DNA from: Balanoglossus misakiensis
Lineage: Eukaryota; Animalia; Hemichordata
DNA: 64,000 nt
Assembly: GCA_040954595.2 (NCBI GenBank)
Contig: CM082594.2
Location: 9,304,296 to 9,368,295 of the forward strand
Direction: 5' to 3'
Positions 26,701 to 40,600 of this stretch are shown piece by piece. Under the pieces are notes generated by a model. It did no database searches. It was not told the DNA's origin and saw only the letters and a program-made list of their open reading frames with translations. The position numbers were made by a program, and so were the translations under genes. Each line of letters opens with the position of its first letter. Positions within the stretch are counted from its first letter, which is position 1.

Positions 26701-29700
26701 TCCTGGTTCAATTAAAAATCCTTGGATAGGATGCATGACATCATACATGATGTATATTTTGGGTCAATAGACATGATTGAACTTTCTCTATCAGAGCATA
26801 ATTTTTGTTATTTCGGAGTCGGCCCAGCCATGCAGTGGGCCACGAATCAGAATAGAGAAGGCATATGACTTCTTAACCATTGACGGATACACATCAAATG
26901 GTATGAACAGTTACCATGACGACAAATCCTTCAAGCGGAAGAATCATCTTGATTGTTACCAATAACGATAATTTTCAACCAGGGAGAAAAAAAATCAGAT
27001 GTTATACACGCTGTCATTTGCAATTTCCTTCTGAACTGAAATTCTAGACGATAATATCTTGTCTTTTCAAAAGATGCAGGCAATAGGTCATTCATACAGA
27101 CACCAGTTTTGTATTTTCATATTTTCAGACATTTTTTACATCGTTTTTGTTTTGTTGATTTTTTTCCAGCTTAGAAACATTCTACATTATTGAAGTTCAT
27201 AGTTTAATTACAGTGCTACTGTCTGTCAATCATCAGAGATTAATTGTTTTTTCTAACGTCTTGTGTGGACACTGTCACACATGTTAAAATACTACAATGA
27301 TGTACTTTTTGATCCACAACAAGGATGATGTCATGATAACGTCATCACATGTCTAATGACCATCAAAATTGGAAATTATTATTTTTTAGGTTTGATTGAA
27401 GATTGGCAGTATATAATAAGGCTCTCCACACCTTAGGCAATTGATGAGAATTGAGGGGGTGGGTACGTTATATCAAATTTTTTGTCAACACCATGAAATA
27501 TCACAGAGATTGGAACTCGATGACAAAAAACAGCCGGGATGCCAGCAATCCATACGGTGCCTTGAACTCTGACATTCTCAATAATAAACTGACGGCACAG
27601 CAATACAGCCACGCGTAAAAAAATACATAATACTATAATATACCATTTCATCGTTTATGATACCTCCAGCGGATCTGAAATATGTTTTTGAAGACACACA
27701 ATTAGTATGGTAATAAAAGCAATTTGAAGAGTCATTTACGCAGAAATGGTTTCTACGAATCTCACGGAAGAAATATGACACTTTGATATTTCTTTTTGTT
27801 ACGTCAGTTTGAAGACATACCAGTATATTATCTCCAGTGCCTGCGTGTGAAACAAGATTTAGATGCTCCCGAGACTAAGATCCAGCCCTCGAGAAACAAG
27901 TGACTGTAATTGTTAGAATCATGCCAGATCGATCATTTTTCTCAATTATACGAGGTGTAGTTGTCATAGTAACACGGTCCATTGACACTCCGTGGAGGTT
28001 TAGCTTTGAATATTTGTCAAATGTTCTACATGGCGTATATGAACTCTTTCCTCTACAGAGACAGTACCACATTCAAGGTGGAAGAGTTGAATTTATTTCA
28101 GTCTGCAAAACAAGAGATAAGGCAGCTTGCCCGGAGTTCTATGGGCTCCTGTATATATACACAGAGGCCCTAAACCAGTCTAGCCCTTTCAACCCCAGCT
28201 CCCACTTTAGAAGTCCAACTTTACCATAGAAAACGATGGGTTTGGACTGAACCATGGTGGTGAAAGGGTTAAAAGTCAACATGTACAGCGCGGCAACTCT
28301 CAGATGATCTGGCAGATGTGTACTGTTATTATAGTTTAAATCTCTGCATCCCCTCAGGACCTACACAAATCACTGTTCTCTGAGAAAGGTTTACAAAAAA
28401 GAAGGAAATTATTCATGACATGGCAATGTCTGTGACTGGATTACTTTTAAAGGTACTGGCGAAGTTCAATTTTGATAGCAATTTTTTCCCCATTTTTCCT
28501 TGCCTTCGTCACTGAGATTGAATTTTAAAATAAGAGACTGTGTGTGAAACGACTGGATTGCTCGACACTGATCGACCTAAACAAGAGATTATTCAAATTG
28601 TGGTGAAATTTGCATATTGTAGCTTTGGAGAAATCTTTGCTATTTTTGGAATAAACATTTTTTTTCTCTGAAACCACTTGTCCATCCACATGGTATATGT
28701 TCTTCACTGTCTTTAAATCAAAGATTGACTAAAGAATCTCCGAGCGTGTCATATCGGAGTCCACAATAATCGTTTCAGCTCTAATGTAAATTTATGTCTT
28801 CACCAAATCCCTGCCATCTGCTGACCCTAAACATAATACTTTTGTCACATCCAGGGATAGATGAAACTTGTTTGTACAGTCGGCAGGGAATGTCAACTTA
28901 AAAGGTCATCACAGAAGGTCACCACCAAACTGCCTTTTCCTACAGATTATAAAACGGGACATTCCACTCTCTCTCAGTCACAAAACAAAACTCAACATTG
29001 GGGTCAAAAAAAGCACAGTCATATTACCCCCCAACTATTAATGGCAAAAAATGGAATCTTCCACCCCAAAGGGCACATATTACTTGATCCCCTCAAAAGC
29101 TAGGCTGAGTAGTGAATACATACGATTATCCCTTCAAACATACTAATTCCACCCCTCCTCTGCAAATTAATTCCTTCCATCCCTTGCCCTGTGCACTGCA
29201 GTCAATTTCTCCAAACCACAATTTCAATATCACAAACAATATTTCTGGCACTTCTATGTTATAACACTTCCAAACTACATCACCATCACAACATTTTTTT
29301 TTGCACCAATTTGACACCGTAAAATTTTAATGCATGTTTACACAACACCTGTTTAAAAGGTGCTTGTTTGCTGCGCCAAAGATGAATGGCACTTGAAATA
29401 GGGCTGTTGATTTTTTTAAAGTACATCTGTGACCTCAATATGACTGGGACAGATAGCTGTAAAAGCAGATATTTCACAAGTTCGACCCATTTCTACTCAA
29501 ACTCAGCAATTTTTTTTTAACAGCTGCTGGACTGTGAACTAGCTAGGTTCCAGAAAGAACACATGAAAACGACAGTATCTGGAGATATTATAATGCATCT
29601 CTAAATGAGCATTTCCAATCCGATATGGGGATTACCCTGTGTGAACTTTATGTTCTTATTCTGCACACGGAGATAATCAATTGATTCTGGCAGATAGAAG

Positions 29701-30358
29701 TGATATATGATTTCTTTATACTGACACTGCATGTCGGTCGGTCCAGTTCGTCCGCCCGTTTTTAGGATGTACATGGTACAGTAGCAGCTTGAAGTGCAAT
29801 ATGATCCCTTCTCTGTTATTGGTATGCTCAGCTGTTGCACGTATATTATGCAACTCTCAAAAAAGCAGCGAGGCAACCGTATGGTTACCAAAACCACTGG
29901 CTGTCATTGCATCAATTATTACATCAAAAGATTTTGACACAAATCCATATGCAGAACAGTTTGTTATTGGGTGAAATTTTCAATTTTTTTTTTACGGGAC
30001 AAATCTTAATCTATTAAAATTCTTTCAAAACGCAAAGCATGACAGCATGTTGTTGATGTCACTGACAGCCGTGAACACATACACAGGGCGTGAAAGAAAA
30101 CCGTTTGAATTATGCCTCAGCAAATGGGGTCATTTTTCTAGAGAGGAAATGAAACAGGAAAAAGGTGGTTAAATCACCATCGACTGCTGGGATGGCAAAA
30201 AAAAGTCTGCAAGAAAATTAGAGATGCGTGCATGAAGTCACCTATTTAATGATGAATACAGCTGACAAAAGCTATCAACTAATTGAAACATTCATCACTC
30301 CAAGAATGTTCATGATTAGAAGAAAACAATGCAACATAAAAGTTCACACTCTACCTAC

Positions 30359-30504
30359 CTAATAAAACTCACAGTGGGTATACCAGCATCTGAATTAATG
30401 CTGGCTAATTTTTCCTTCTGTGCGTTTTCGTTCTTGTCGGCGCGATCACTTTTCACGTGCCGCCTCTTGAACGAAAAGCGAGTCTTGGTCTTTGTCTCTG
30501 ACAT
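30359..30504 (-). CDS. NAXE: candidate alternative first coding exon (1b) of NAXE
   Basis: ATG with A at -3, then 48 codons MSETKTKTRFSFKRRHVKSDRADKNENAQKEKLASINSDAGIPTVSFI plus AG|gtaggt. Phase 2 joins exon 2 in frame to give VSFIS-QEEAQ, paralleling VKYLG-QEEAQ from exon 1a. Locally CpG-rich. Confidence 0.65.
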
Positions 30505-31524
30505 TATTAGTGGTGGGGGGTGCAGTGTGCGCGTGTGTGAGAGCGCGTGCGCGTGTAATGTCGACTTTCAGCAACACTGCGAATTGAGAGCACACAAATC
30601 AGACAGGCAATCCAGACGGCCTGAAATACACATGTATAAAAAAAAACTGTTTGAAATCCACCACTGCACGATTAATTCATGGGATACGGCTGTCCTCACA
30701 GCAAACAATCCAGGGATTCTTTTCCACCAAAAAAAAGCCTCGGTGAGCCACGGAAAATATCCCAGCAACACAGGTGGCTACTCCTCCTTTTCCATGGAAT
30801 ATATATCAGATGGATACAGTGGAACACGGGTCACCACCGGAGACAAAATTATAGCAAGAAAATCAGGAGATGTCAGAGGCACAGTAATGTTAGCTGAATA
30901 ATTCATACCCAGTGTAATGGCAAAAACTGCTGGCATCAACCATAGCACCACCAGGGGTTGCAGCACGACAGCAGGAGGGACTTTTTATATCAATTTGATC
31001 AATTCAGTCAACAGAGGTCATTCAATTAATCAGGGCAAACTTCAACTGTTCCAAACGCTGATATACGGGTATTAATTTTGACACAGGGGGTTAGAAGGCC
31101 ACGCGTAAGCAAATAACTATCATTGATTTTTGCATGCGACTTTCATGCTGTTTAAAAAGGGAGTATGTACGCAGGACTACTTCACCGACTGACCTAAATC
31201 AAAAGTAACACAGATAAGCTAACATGTCAAGATCAGTAGCCTGACTCACTGACAACGGGAACAGTCAAGTTCAATGTTTCAAGGGGAACGTGTACAAAAA
31301 TAATAGCCCCAATTAAAATTCTTGAAGCGATAACTGATCACAAATATCTGAATCACCATTTGCTGAAATCAATCTTCCTGGCTGACACTGATGTTGATGA
31401 AAAGTTGCTGTGCCGATAAAACTAATCTTTATCATCAATAATCTGACAGATGGCCATGATAATAAAACAATAGCCAGTACATGTATATTAAAGTGTGAGA
31501 TTAACAGAATTTGGGGGACTGTAT

Positions 31525-31563
31525 TCATCATCATTATCATCATCATCATCATCATTATTATTA
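31525..31563. repeat. (CAT/TAT)n microsatellite
   Basis: Read directly. Confidence 0.85.
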
Positions 31564-31673
31564 TCTACCATTTTACCCGCACATTGAGAAGATATAATGA
31601 TCGATAAAGGTTTGGGAGCAAATTGGATTTTTCTCATCAACATTTTAAAGCAAATTCTTTTTCCATGTTTAAC

Positions 31674-31698
31674 CATAGACAGTAGTCTACTGTCTATG
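31674..31698. mobile_element. 25-bp palindromic mini-insertion flanked by a 7-bp direct repeat
   Basis: GTTTAAC-CATAGACAGTAG-T-CTACTGTCTATG-GTTTAAC: perfect 12-bp arms, with the direct repeat at 31667-31673 and 31699-31705. Confidence 0.55.
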
Positions 31699-34600
31699 GT
31701 TTAACAGTTTAGTAATAATAACAACTTGTTTATTTTGACCCAATACGGACCTTGCAAACCCTGTTATGAAAGCTCACTCTTCAACCGACGACAGACAACT
31801 GCCAAGCTGTGTGACTGATGACTTGCCTAGCTAACTCTCTGACACTGTTAGGTCGCTACCTGACCGTAACCAATATTTCTCTCACCAGTGAAGGAATTAG
31901 TTTCGTGGTGGCCAGATTTATGATGCATTTATTCACTGTGTATACCATATCACCTCAGTGCTTATATTCAGTTCTGTAAATATTTGCAAAGCACTCCATG
32001 AGAGCTCTTAAGCTGTGTGCTTCCAAGGAGGCGTGTTACTGTAGTACCAGTATCTTCAAGTCAAGGTCTGGGAGTAAATAAACGACCATGAGTATATCTC
32101 CAATTTGCAGGTACCTATATAGGTTCAAGTGGATGCAAAAATAAGGCCACACTAAATAATCAGGCAATGGAAACAGTTTCTATAAAGCAAAAACTAATTT
32201 TTGATCAGAAAGATAACAACTTTGGAAATGATGCCATGATGAACATATTATGATGACAAAATACATCCTTGCTGAATGACAATTTTCTTCATACCAAAAA
32301 CCAGCAGAGCGCCCCCAGCGCCCTTTTAGTTGGACCTTCAACGTACACACGCAAAAGTTGTGAAAAACAAAAGACTAATTATAGATGGCGCTGTTCACGA
32401 AAAAGATCAAACTCTAATGACAAAGCATGGTTTAATTCAATATTAAAAATAACTTATGCTCCGTTGTAGCATCAAAGCAGAAGACATCATTCAAGAGCTG
32501 ATTTCAGGATACAGCATGGTTCATTCATGGAATTCTTTTTTCCTCTCATATTTCGCATACGTGCATATATCGACAAGACAGAATGAAAATGTTCACTCAC
32601 AGGGGCAGAAGTGATAGTTTGTTTTCCAGGTATGAAGCCATTTGTCACAAGTAGGCATTACCATCAAAATCAATTTGACTTCCTACTTCCTGCCATTTCC
32701 AAGGCTTCAATTGATCGCACTAATTTATTTTTTCCCTCGTGGCAGATTTGTCAAATGTGTGAAATCCAACAACAAAACCAGTGAGATTTCGCGTCCTGTT
32801 CACTCGAAGATGACAGACAAAAATACGTTGGAGTCAATTTAGTATGAATGTTTTCATTTTTCTTTATCTAAAGATTTGTGAGGGACATATAACTCTGACA
32901 GATTCAAAGAGTCGAACCAACAATTTCTGACAAACATCCACTATGTGAAATCTAATGCTTTTCCATGTGTTCACTTAAAATCTATGGCCAGAAGCTGAGG
33001 GGTTTTATCTCCGGATGTGTCTACATGATTTGATGGAACACAATTACGTTGTATTCTAGCCTCCTCTGGGCCACTCTTCTCAAATGAAAAGATTTTTTTT
33101 ATACTATAGACACAGACATGCCACAAATAATACTGTTGAATGGGAAATTTTCACGAATGATAAATTAATTTTGCGAGAGCCAAAAACGCGATAACGTATA
33201 GTCGCAAAAGAACGTGTACCGTACAATAGAATGTTATTCGGAGATATAGAGAACGTGAAAATTAATCATCATGGAATAGTTTTACACTATATCCCTCTGG
33301 TCTCAGATGAACCAGACACACTTCAGATATCTGTTTCATTACTTAATCTAGAAACCTACGAGACCAGACTCTCCAATTTCATGTGAAAATAAAGAGTACA
33401 AAAAATTGATATTTTACAGATATAACTATCATGTAAAAAAATGAAAAGATTGTATCACTGTGGATATTTAATAGTTTCTCGTAGCAAAATCTAATCAGTG
33501 GACGTAACTAGTTGAAAAGACGACCATTTGCTAATGGAATTTCAGTGACTTGAAATTCTGAGGTCAGTTTGTGAAGTTTGTGAAGCTCACACAGTAAATA
33601 ATCATCATGGCCAATTTCTACACATCAAACAGAAGCCTCTTTGATGAATAGCTGTGGAAATTGCCGACTTTCGTGTCACAAATCACTTTAGAAGCGGTTT
33701 CCATCTGCAGAACGACCAGGAAGTGATCGACTGTTAAGCCATGACACAGATTTTCCTGTGTTTATCAGTTCATATTTACATACATATTGATCCATCATGA
33801 ACGAACAGATTTCTCCATTAATCTGTTCATACAAATTGAAAGCCGTACATGACATCTCCGTCATAAAACATTCAAACTGAATGCTGCCTCACAGTAAATC
33901 TCCCTACAAACGATGAACTAGTCGTCTTGGCCATACAAAATATTTCTTGTGCTTCCCTCCACTATTTCTTAGCTACACTTCAGAAATTCTGCTCTTCCAT
34001 CTAGTACATCGGAGTTCATTTTTTGACACTTGCTTCTGTCAACCAGACAGGTTCGTCAGTCGATGGTGAGAATCACCATCACCATGGATACAGATTACCC
34101 TAGACCAAAACAACCACATGCTTGGGCTTGCAATGATTGTTGATGTGTGAAATTATTTCTGCACTTAATCAAAGTACCTGCCATTTCCATTTCACACTCA
34201 ATGAATTCAGTCATGTTGTCAATATGACACCTGAAATTATACCTGTGTGTCAGATTTGCAGGCACTTTTTCTGGATCTACTAAGTCTTATGGACTGGTAT
34301 ATATTTCTTTGCAGCATCTTACAAGTTTTCTGTATGATATTCATAAATTCGTGCTATTAGTGATGAAATTAATTAGTTTTCTGTATCATTGTGCATATCG
34401 GTTGGTCAAATACAGTGTCTCAGTAATTCCATTTATATAGGTCAGTCAGTAATTGTTTTTGCCAAAGATCTCATTTTTTAAATCTAAGCTGCTTGCTTGG
34501 ACAAGCAGAACCTCAGAGGAAAATTACCACAATCAGGAAATCAGCGGAGAACGGAATACTTAGAGGTGAATTATTTTTCTAGCGAAATCAATTGTTATTG

Positions 34601-37600
34601 AATTTCACTGAAATGAAAAAAGCAAGGCAATTATTGGGGATATCATTACACTCAGGAAATCCTTTCCTCCATCTTGTTGATGAGGGCAAAACCGTACAGG
34701 GGCACTCTCGGTGATCGAAAACCATTTTAGAAATCAATTATTTAGAATATGTCATATCCGATGATGGCAAGAACCATTCAGGTTTAACATTTCCCCAAGT
34801 GTATTAATTCAAAAATGTCTGGATGCAAAGGTTGAATTTACATGGTTTGAAAACTATTTCTGGACATGTACAGGAAACATTGGTTATTTTAGATTGATGG
34901 TATTTAAAGCAAGATTTAATTCATGATAAAGAGTTTGGAGTAAGATTACAATTTTTATCTGACACAAGGAACAAACTTGGACAGCAGACCACACCTGTTT
35001 TTTTTTTAATTACATTTTTGAAGTATTTCATTGTTTTTACCTTTCCTCATTTTACTAATTGTAAAAAAATGTATGAGTATCAAAAAGTTCAACAAAACAC
35101 AGAACATGAGAAAAGAGTACCACGTACAGTCTAGACACCTCCATTGATCAGAGGGATTCTTTTCACACTTGGTACAATCATAATCATGATAAGTAAGTTC
35201 ACTTCACATTTAGATGTTTCAGTTTCCTATCCTTTCCTAGAAGTCAAGCAGCAAAGCATCATGGGAAACGAGTTCAGATGACAGATAACCCCAAAGTATT
35301 CTTTCGAAAACCCTGTTGCCATGCATGCTCGAAATCACGTAAATCGAGATCTGATACAGTTTAGAGTACACATCAATTCCTTTTTCCGATAAATTACCTC
35401 TATCATTCGTAACCTGATTGTTTCGGCAGCCTGATGCAGACTGTGGCTATTTTTCATGTTGTCGTAGATGGATGAGATGTGACAGCTAGGTTCTAATTGG
35501 ACTGACCCAGGCTGGCCTTTGGTTAGCCCACAGCTGACCCAGTTGGACACCTAAGTTCTTACCTGTCCCGCAGGCCAAAAATGTTAGATGCAGCATGGAT
35601 ATAAATGAAAGACAGAACTGGAACAATACAAGAGCATATATCCAAAGGGCTCTCTCTAAGAAAACGTACAATTTCTTGTGTGTCTGGCAACCTTTCATGA
35701 GGGCTAGCTAGGCCATTCTGTTGAGCAAGTATTTATTTTTTGTGTGAGCTGACTGGATATTTATCCTATGTTTGAAAAGAAAATCTACTCAAAATTGTCT
35801 ATTTTTTCCACCAAAACGACAGACAATCTGAAAATGGAACAAGCGAAAACCAAGCAGAGACACTGCGACAGACACTTTGTACCATTAGCACAGATGCTTT
35901 TCAGGTTAACGTTTCTAAATAATGCCTCCCACTGACTCTCTGACGTCAGTTATCAAAGAATGTCTCTACAATACCATGTCATTTTCCTATGTACCAAAAA
36001 TGTCTCAAATTAACACAATTTTACTGCAATTCACACAAACAGACTGAAAACTCTACTAATGATAAACCACTCCAAAACTCTGCAAATACTGACTTTTTTA
36101 GGAAACCAAAAAGATGGGCCAATATATAAATGCATTAATTTTATACCACCTTAATTTCTGTGATTCAACTTGCTCAACAGTTGTAGCACGACGACCGAGC
36201 ATTCACAACAGTCAGTAATACAAGACTATATTCACAGCCAAAGAATGTCAGACTGCAATATAATTTCTAGATGTTTTTTCCAACATCTTGACGTATCGCT
36301 TTATTCCATTTTGAACTCAAAAACTGATTTTCCAGTTGACAGACTGTAATTCTCAAAGCAGGAAACGAATTTACGCATCTTTATTTCAAATATGCCACAC
36401 ACTTAATTCGAACTCCTTGACTTTCCATCGTTACGTACACACTCAATACAGTAACCATGACAACCAATCAGGCTCCATCAGCATTACTGAAAGAGTGTAA
36501 TTTGTGAAATTTTGTGAAATGGGCAATTTTTCTGAAAGATTAGTTTGAAGCTAGCCGGACATATTTAAGTATAGACTCCTGAGTAAAGTCTGAAAAAATT
36601 ACCGTGGGCATGAAAATTGATGCACCATAAAAACTCAAATTACATAGCAGTCGCTTGGGCTGGGTACCGAGATGAAAAGTGCATACATCATATAATCTTC
36701 CTCAGAAGGGAGACACAGGGATTATAAGTCAGTGGTGTGTGATTGGTTGCTTCATTTCATCTTGGTTAGGAAATGAAGTTTGCTCGAAAGCAAATTCCTT
36801 TGCTTTGCACCAAAAGGATTCAGTTCATGTTGGCTCCCAGTAACCACTTTATAGTCACATCGTGTCGGACCAGAGACAGACTGCTATGGTCAGAATGGAG
36901 GACAAGTTTACACATATGAAAATACAGTCTAAAATTTGAGTTGACGTCAAATGGCATTATGCAGCTTTTCACTCAATTGTTGCCATGGGGACAGTCCCGG
37001 ACACTGACAAGATTTGGGGTTTTTCAAAATATCTCAGTTGTCGAACAGACCAGACCATTCAATCGTGTTGATAGTGATCGTATTGCATAAAGAAAATTAT
37101 CTCTACAGATGTACGTATCCTGGGTACAAATATCTCTTTCTATAAAAAATGCACACTGTGAAGGGTCTATCTCTTTCTAATAGACTGTTGCCATGAAAAA
37201 AACGTGTTTATGTCAGACTCATTAAAATCTATTTTAGTGTACAATTTTCTTAATAATTGAACACTTCCAACAATGCAAATGTTTAATCTCTTTTGATAAT
37301 GCGAGGTTTCCAACTTAGAATAATCCAAAATTTCACATCAGGGGATTTACAGTGACACAATAGATAATTGCTGAAGCTCTTAAGAGGACCATTATATCGG
37401 CAATAGTGGTGCGTTCACATCAGAAAGTTAACACAGGCCCAACACAGGTGTAGGCAAAGTAACCAATGTGGACATGTATATGTCTTGTCAGACCACCAAT
37501 AGGAAAAGGTTAAGGCTTGGCATAAAATCTGAGAAATTCAGATTTATAATTGCAACTTTAATATAAAATTCACAAGATTGACTGCCAACTGCCCAGAATT

Positions 37601-40600
37601 TTAAAAATCAGGACTAAGTCAAAAGCTATTGTCCTTATTAACATTTTAAAGCCAAAAACCAACATACTTTTGAATTGCAGAATAATTCAGGAGTAACTTT
37701 TCACCACCCTACATTCTGAAGACCTGCTGTCATGACACACGGTCACCATGGCAACTGTATTAAAAAATAAAATACAACCGTTTATTTATCAATTTTTGAA
37801 GCATGCTACAAAAGGTCAAAAAAGTAATGTATACTTCCCCCCTGATATCCGACTCCACTGAAATTAAAAAGCAATCATACAAATTATCTCTCTGCTAGAT
37901 TCACTTAATTCTTGCAGAGCAATTTATGGTCAATTACTTTGAATGAACTGCAGGATAATTCAAGAAGATTTTTCATAAAGGAGAAGTTGAAAACCCACTC
38001 CCCCTCTCCATACATTGACATTTTGATTTTCGTGTGCATGCATGCTTTTTAGAATGCGGTTTCAAATTATGACTAAACTACTTATGAGTTATAGTTCACA
38101 TACCTAGTGTAGAGCTAAGACTTTCACTTAAATGGCACCTTTAACCTGGCAGCCATATTGGATCATAATGCAAAACAAAATGATATGCATCGGCAATGAC
38201 ATCAGGTACTCCGTGCACCAAGTTTGAACTAAATTGCTTCTGACATGTCTGACTATAATGGCACCAGGACATATTGAAAAATTCATAACAAAATGGCCGT
38301 CTGGGAGAGAGAGAGAGAGAGACGAGAGATGCTTGGGAGAGATATCAAACTAAAATATTTTATTTATATTATGTTGATGAGAGTACTATATTGCATGTGC
38401 CTTGCCACCACCCAAAACCTTCTCAACACGTTCCTTGGAGTCAACCCTGAATGTAAATATGCAATATAATCAGCACTTTCAGATGTCTTGACTGTTAAGC
38501 CACGAATACCGTACCCTGAAGTTAAGGCACGCATGATCCAAACATGAGAACATACAGCAATTTTGCCTCAGCCCACTTCTTACATACACTGTGCAAAATC
38601 TGAAATAACGATATCACATTCAACCTTTGTCAACAATCACCTAGCCAACCATGCATATATTTTTATTTTTTGTTGAAAATTCTCATGCCTGTTAACAATT
38701 GTGTAATCTCAAACACTCCCCAGCCCTGCCTCAAGCTCTTTTTTTAGCATTTCAGTCTCGCTTTCTCGATATACCGGTATATGCCCTTTAGAAATAGTCA
38801 ATTTCTGTGTATATCAATATTATTGACTGCAGCACAAACAGATGTAGCTCAAACATTGATCCAACATTATAATTTTACTGCTATGCGCTAGCTGGCGGCT
38901 TCTCCACAAAATCTGTTCAGAAACACAACAATTTCTAAAGCCATAATTCATTCATGTGCTGCCAGTAATAGCAAAATACATGATTCATACTTTGTGAATT
39001 CCATTAAAGATCCCCAGCTATGACAACAAACATATTTTAGCGGTTGTCAACTTTAATCAGAGTGATCCTTTCATTGACTGTGACCTAGCGTCATCCTTGC
39101 ACTCAGAGGAATATATCAGTCATTGTAGATGATACAGTCCCCACTGGAATACTTCTGCCATTAAGATAAGTATACCTTACAGATGGTCTAACTGAAATTA
39201 CGTCCTTGTGCCTATCATAACTTATAATCTGACTTGGACATTTAAAGGGACAACATATCTATAAAAATATTTCAATATGCTCGTTGTCTGTTTGAACCAT
39301 TACTTCTTGTTCAACTTCAGATATTCTGCTTGTGAACATAGCCTGTACACTGTATGCATGTACCATAATACTGCCTGTCACACGCAGGCTGTGGGTGGAC
39401 ATCAGCTAGGATATATACTGTACAAATTCAAATAAATTTAACACTCTGTGCCATCTATTTAGGTCAAAATAATAAAATTTTACATCTTTGAGTTGGTTTT
39501 ATGACAAGTAATGGCACTTGAGTTATTATATTCATATGGGAAAAACACTTTTGCTGGCCATGAACTCAGTCAATATGGAATATCACTGAATGTAGTACGG
39601 TGATAAAATGGATCAAAGAGGCATATGAAAGGCACGTGTTGTCAAGAAGCAAAGAGAATTCTCTGAGGAAAGGTTAAAATCAAATAAACTTTAAAGTCAA
39701 GGGTAAAATGTTTGGACAGTAAAGCTCTATTGGCAGATTTAATACGCATTACAAAACCAGCTGTTACTTTTCCTTTCTTGTTATTTCCTTTTATTCAACA
39801 GCTGAATGTTTGATTGCGAGACATGATCAGTGGAATTACAGCAGCAGCACATTAAATCTCTGCAGTAAACCTCAGATATCTATCGGTTTTTACTGTAGTA
39901 TGAAATTGGATTTTTTTGACAGACTGAAGTGTCTGGGTTTTTTATCAATATAGTCTGATATTTACTGGTCTGACATGTTTTGTTGATTTTACCATCAGTT
40001 TGATATCCCAGTTGGGTTTTGTGACAGACTGCGATGATAATCAGATTTAACTGATAGTCTTATGTGTACAGGTAGTCTGATAATGATATGTTTGTTGTTT
40101 TTGACTACAATCAGACAAGTCTAACTTTGTACTGTAAGACCTAGTCACTGGTGGAGGGACCATGATAAGAGTATCAAACTCATGTATCAGTTCAATAATC
40201 ATTGCTGTTGATTGTATTCTGTGGATTGCATTTTGGCATTTCATTGTAAAGTCTAGAATCCAGGGGGGGGGGGGGACCGTGTGCGTGTAGCACGTACTGC
40301 AGCATTCTAATTGTGCTGCACGACAGTCATTCATACAACTTAGAGACAATTTCTACATCAGACTGTGTAATTCGTTTTCATAGTACAGGTCTCATCACAC
40401 AGCCAAACTTTACCATAAAATGCTGTGAGATGTAGAACATTTAATGAAGACAGAGGAGTATGGTTCATTCAACAAATAAAGCAAGGCGCCCATATGGCTG
40501 TATTTGGTAAATATCCTCACAGTATATTGGCAATTATTAGTCTGTGTTGGTACGCAAAACACACAAATATTTTCTCACGCACAACGAAAATGTACAAAAT

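Noticed and set aside
28184-28268. 85-bp piggyBac-like mini-MITE (CCCTTTCA...TGAAAGGG)
   Set aside because: Only an 8-bp inverted match, and TTAA is present on the right side only. Plausible old repeat but not supportable from one copy.
30329-30966. 190-aa plus-strand ORF and neighbouring short ORFs as a nested gene
   Set aside because: No recognisable domain or splice structure. The open frame is partly the antisense shadow of candidate NAXE exon 1b and a GC-richer patch.
32235-32275. C/D box snoRNA (ATGATGA...CTGA)
   Set aside because: Boxes are only about 40 nt apart, antisense to the host gene, with no terminal stem.
33131-33290. Degenerate TACTGT-ended MITE remnant (similar starts near 19612)
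   Set aside because: The right terminus is too decayed to define TIRs or a TSD by eye.
38140-38305. Fragment of a dispersed repeat (GGCAGCCATATTGG...AAAATGGCCG)
   Set aside because: It looks repeat-like, but there is one copy in the window, no termini, and a library search is needed.
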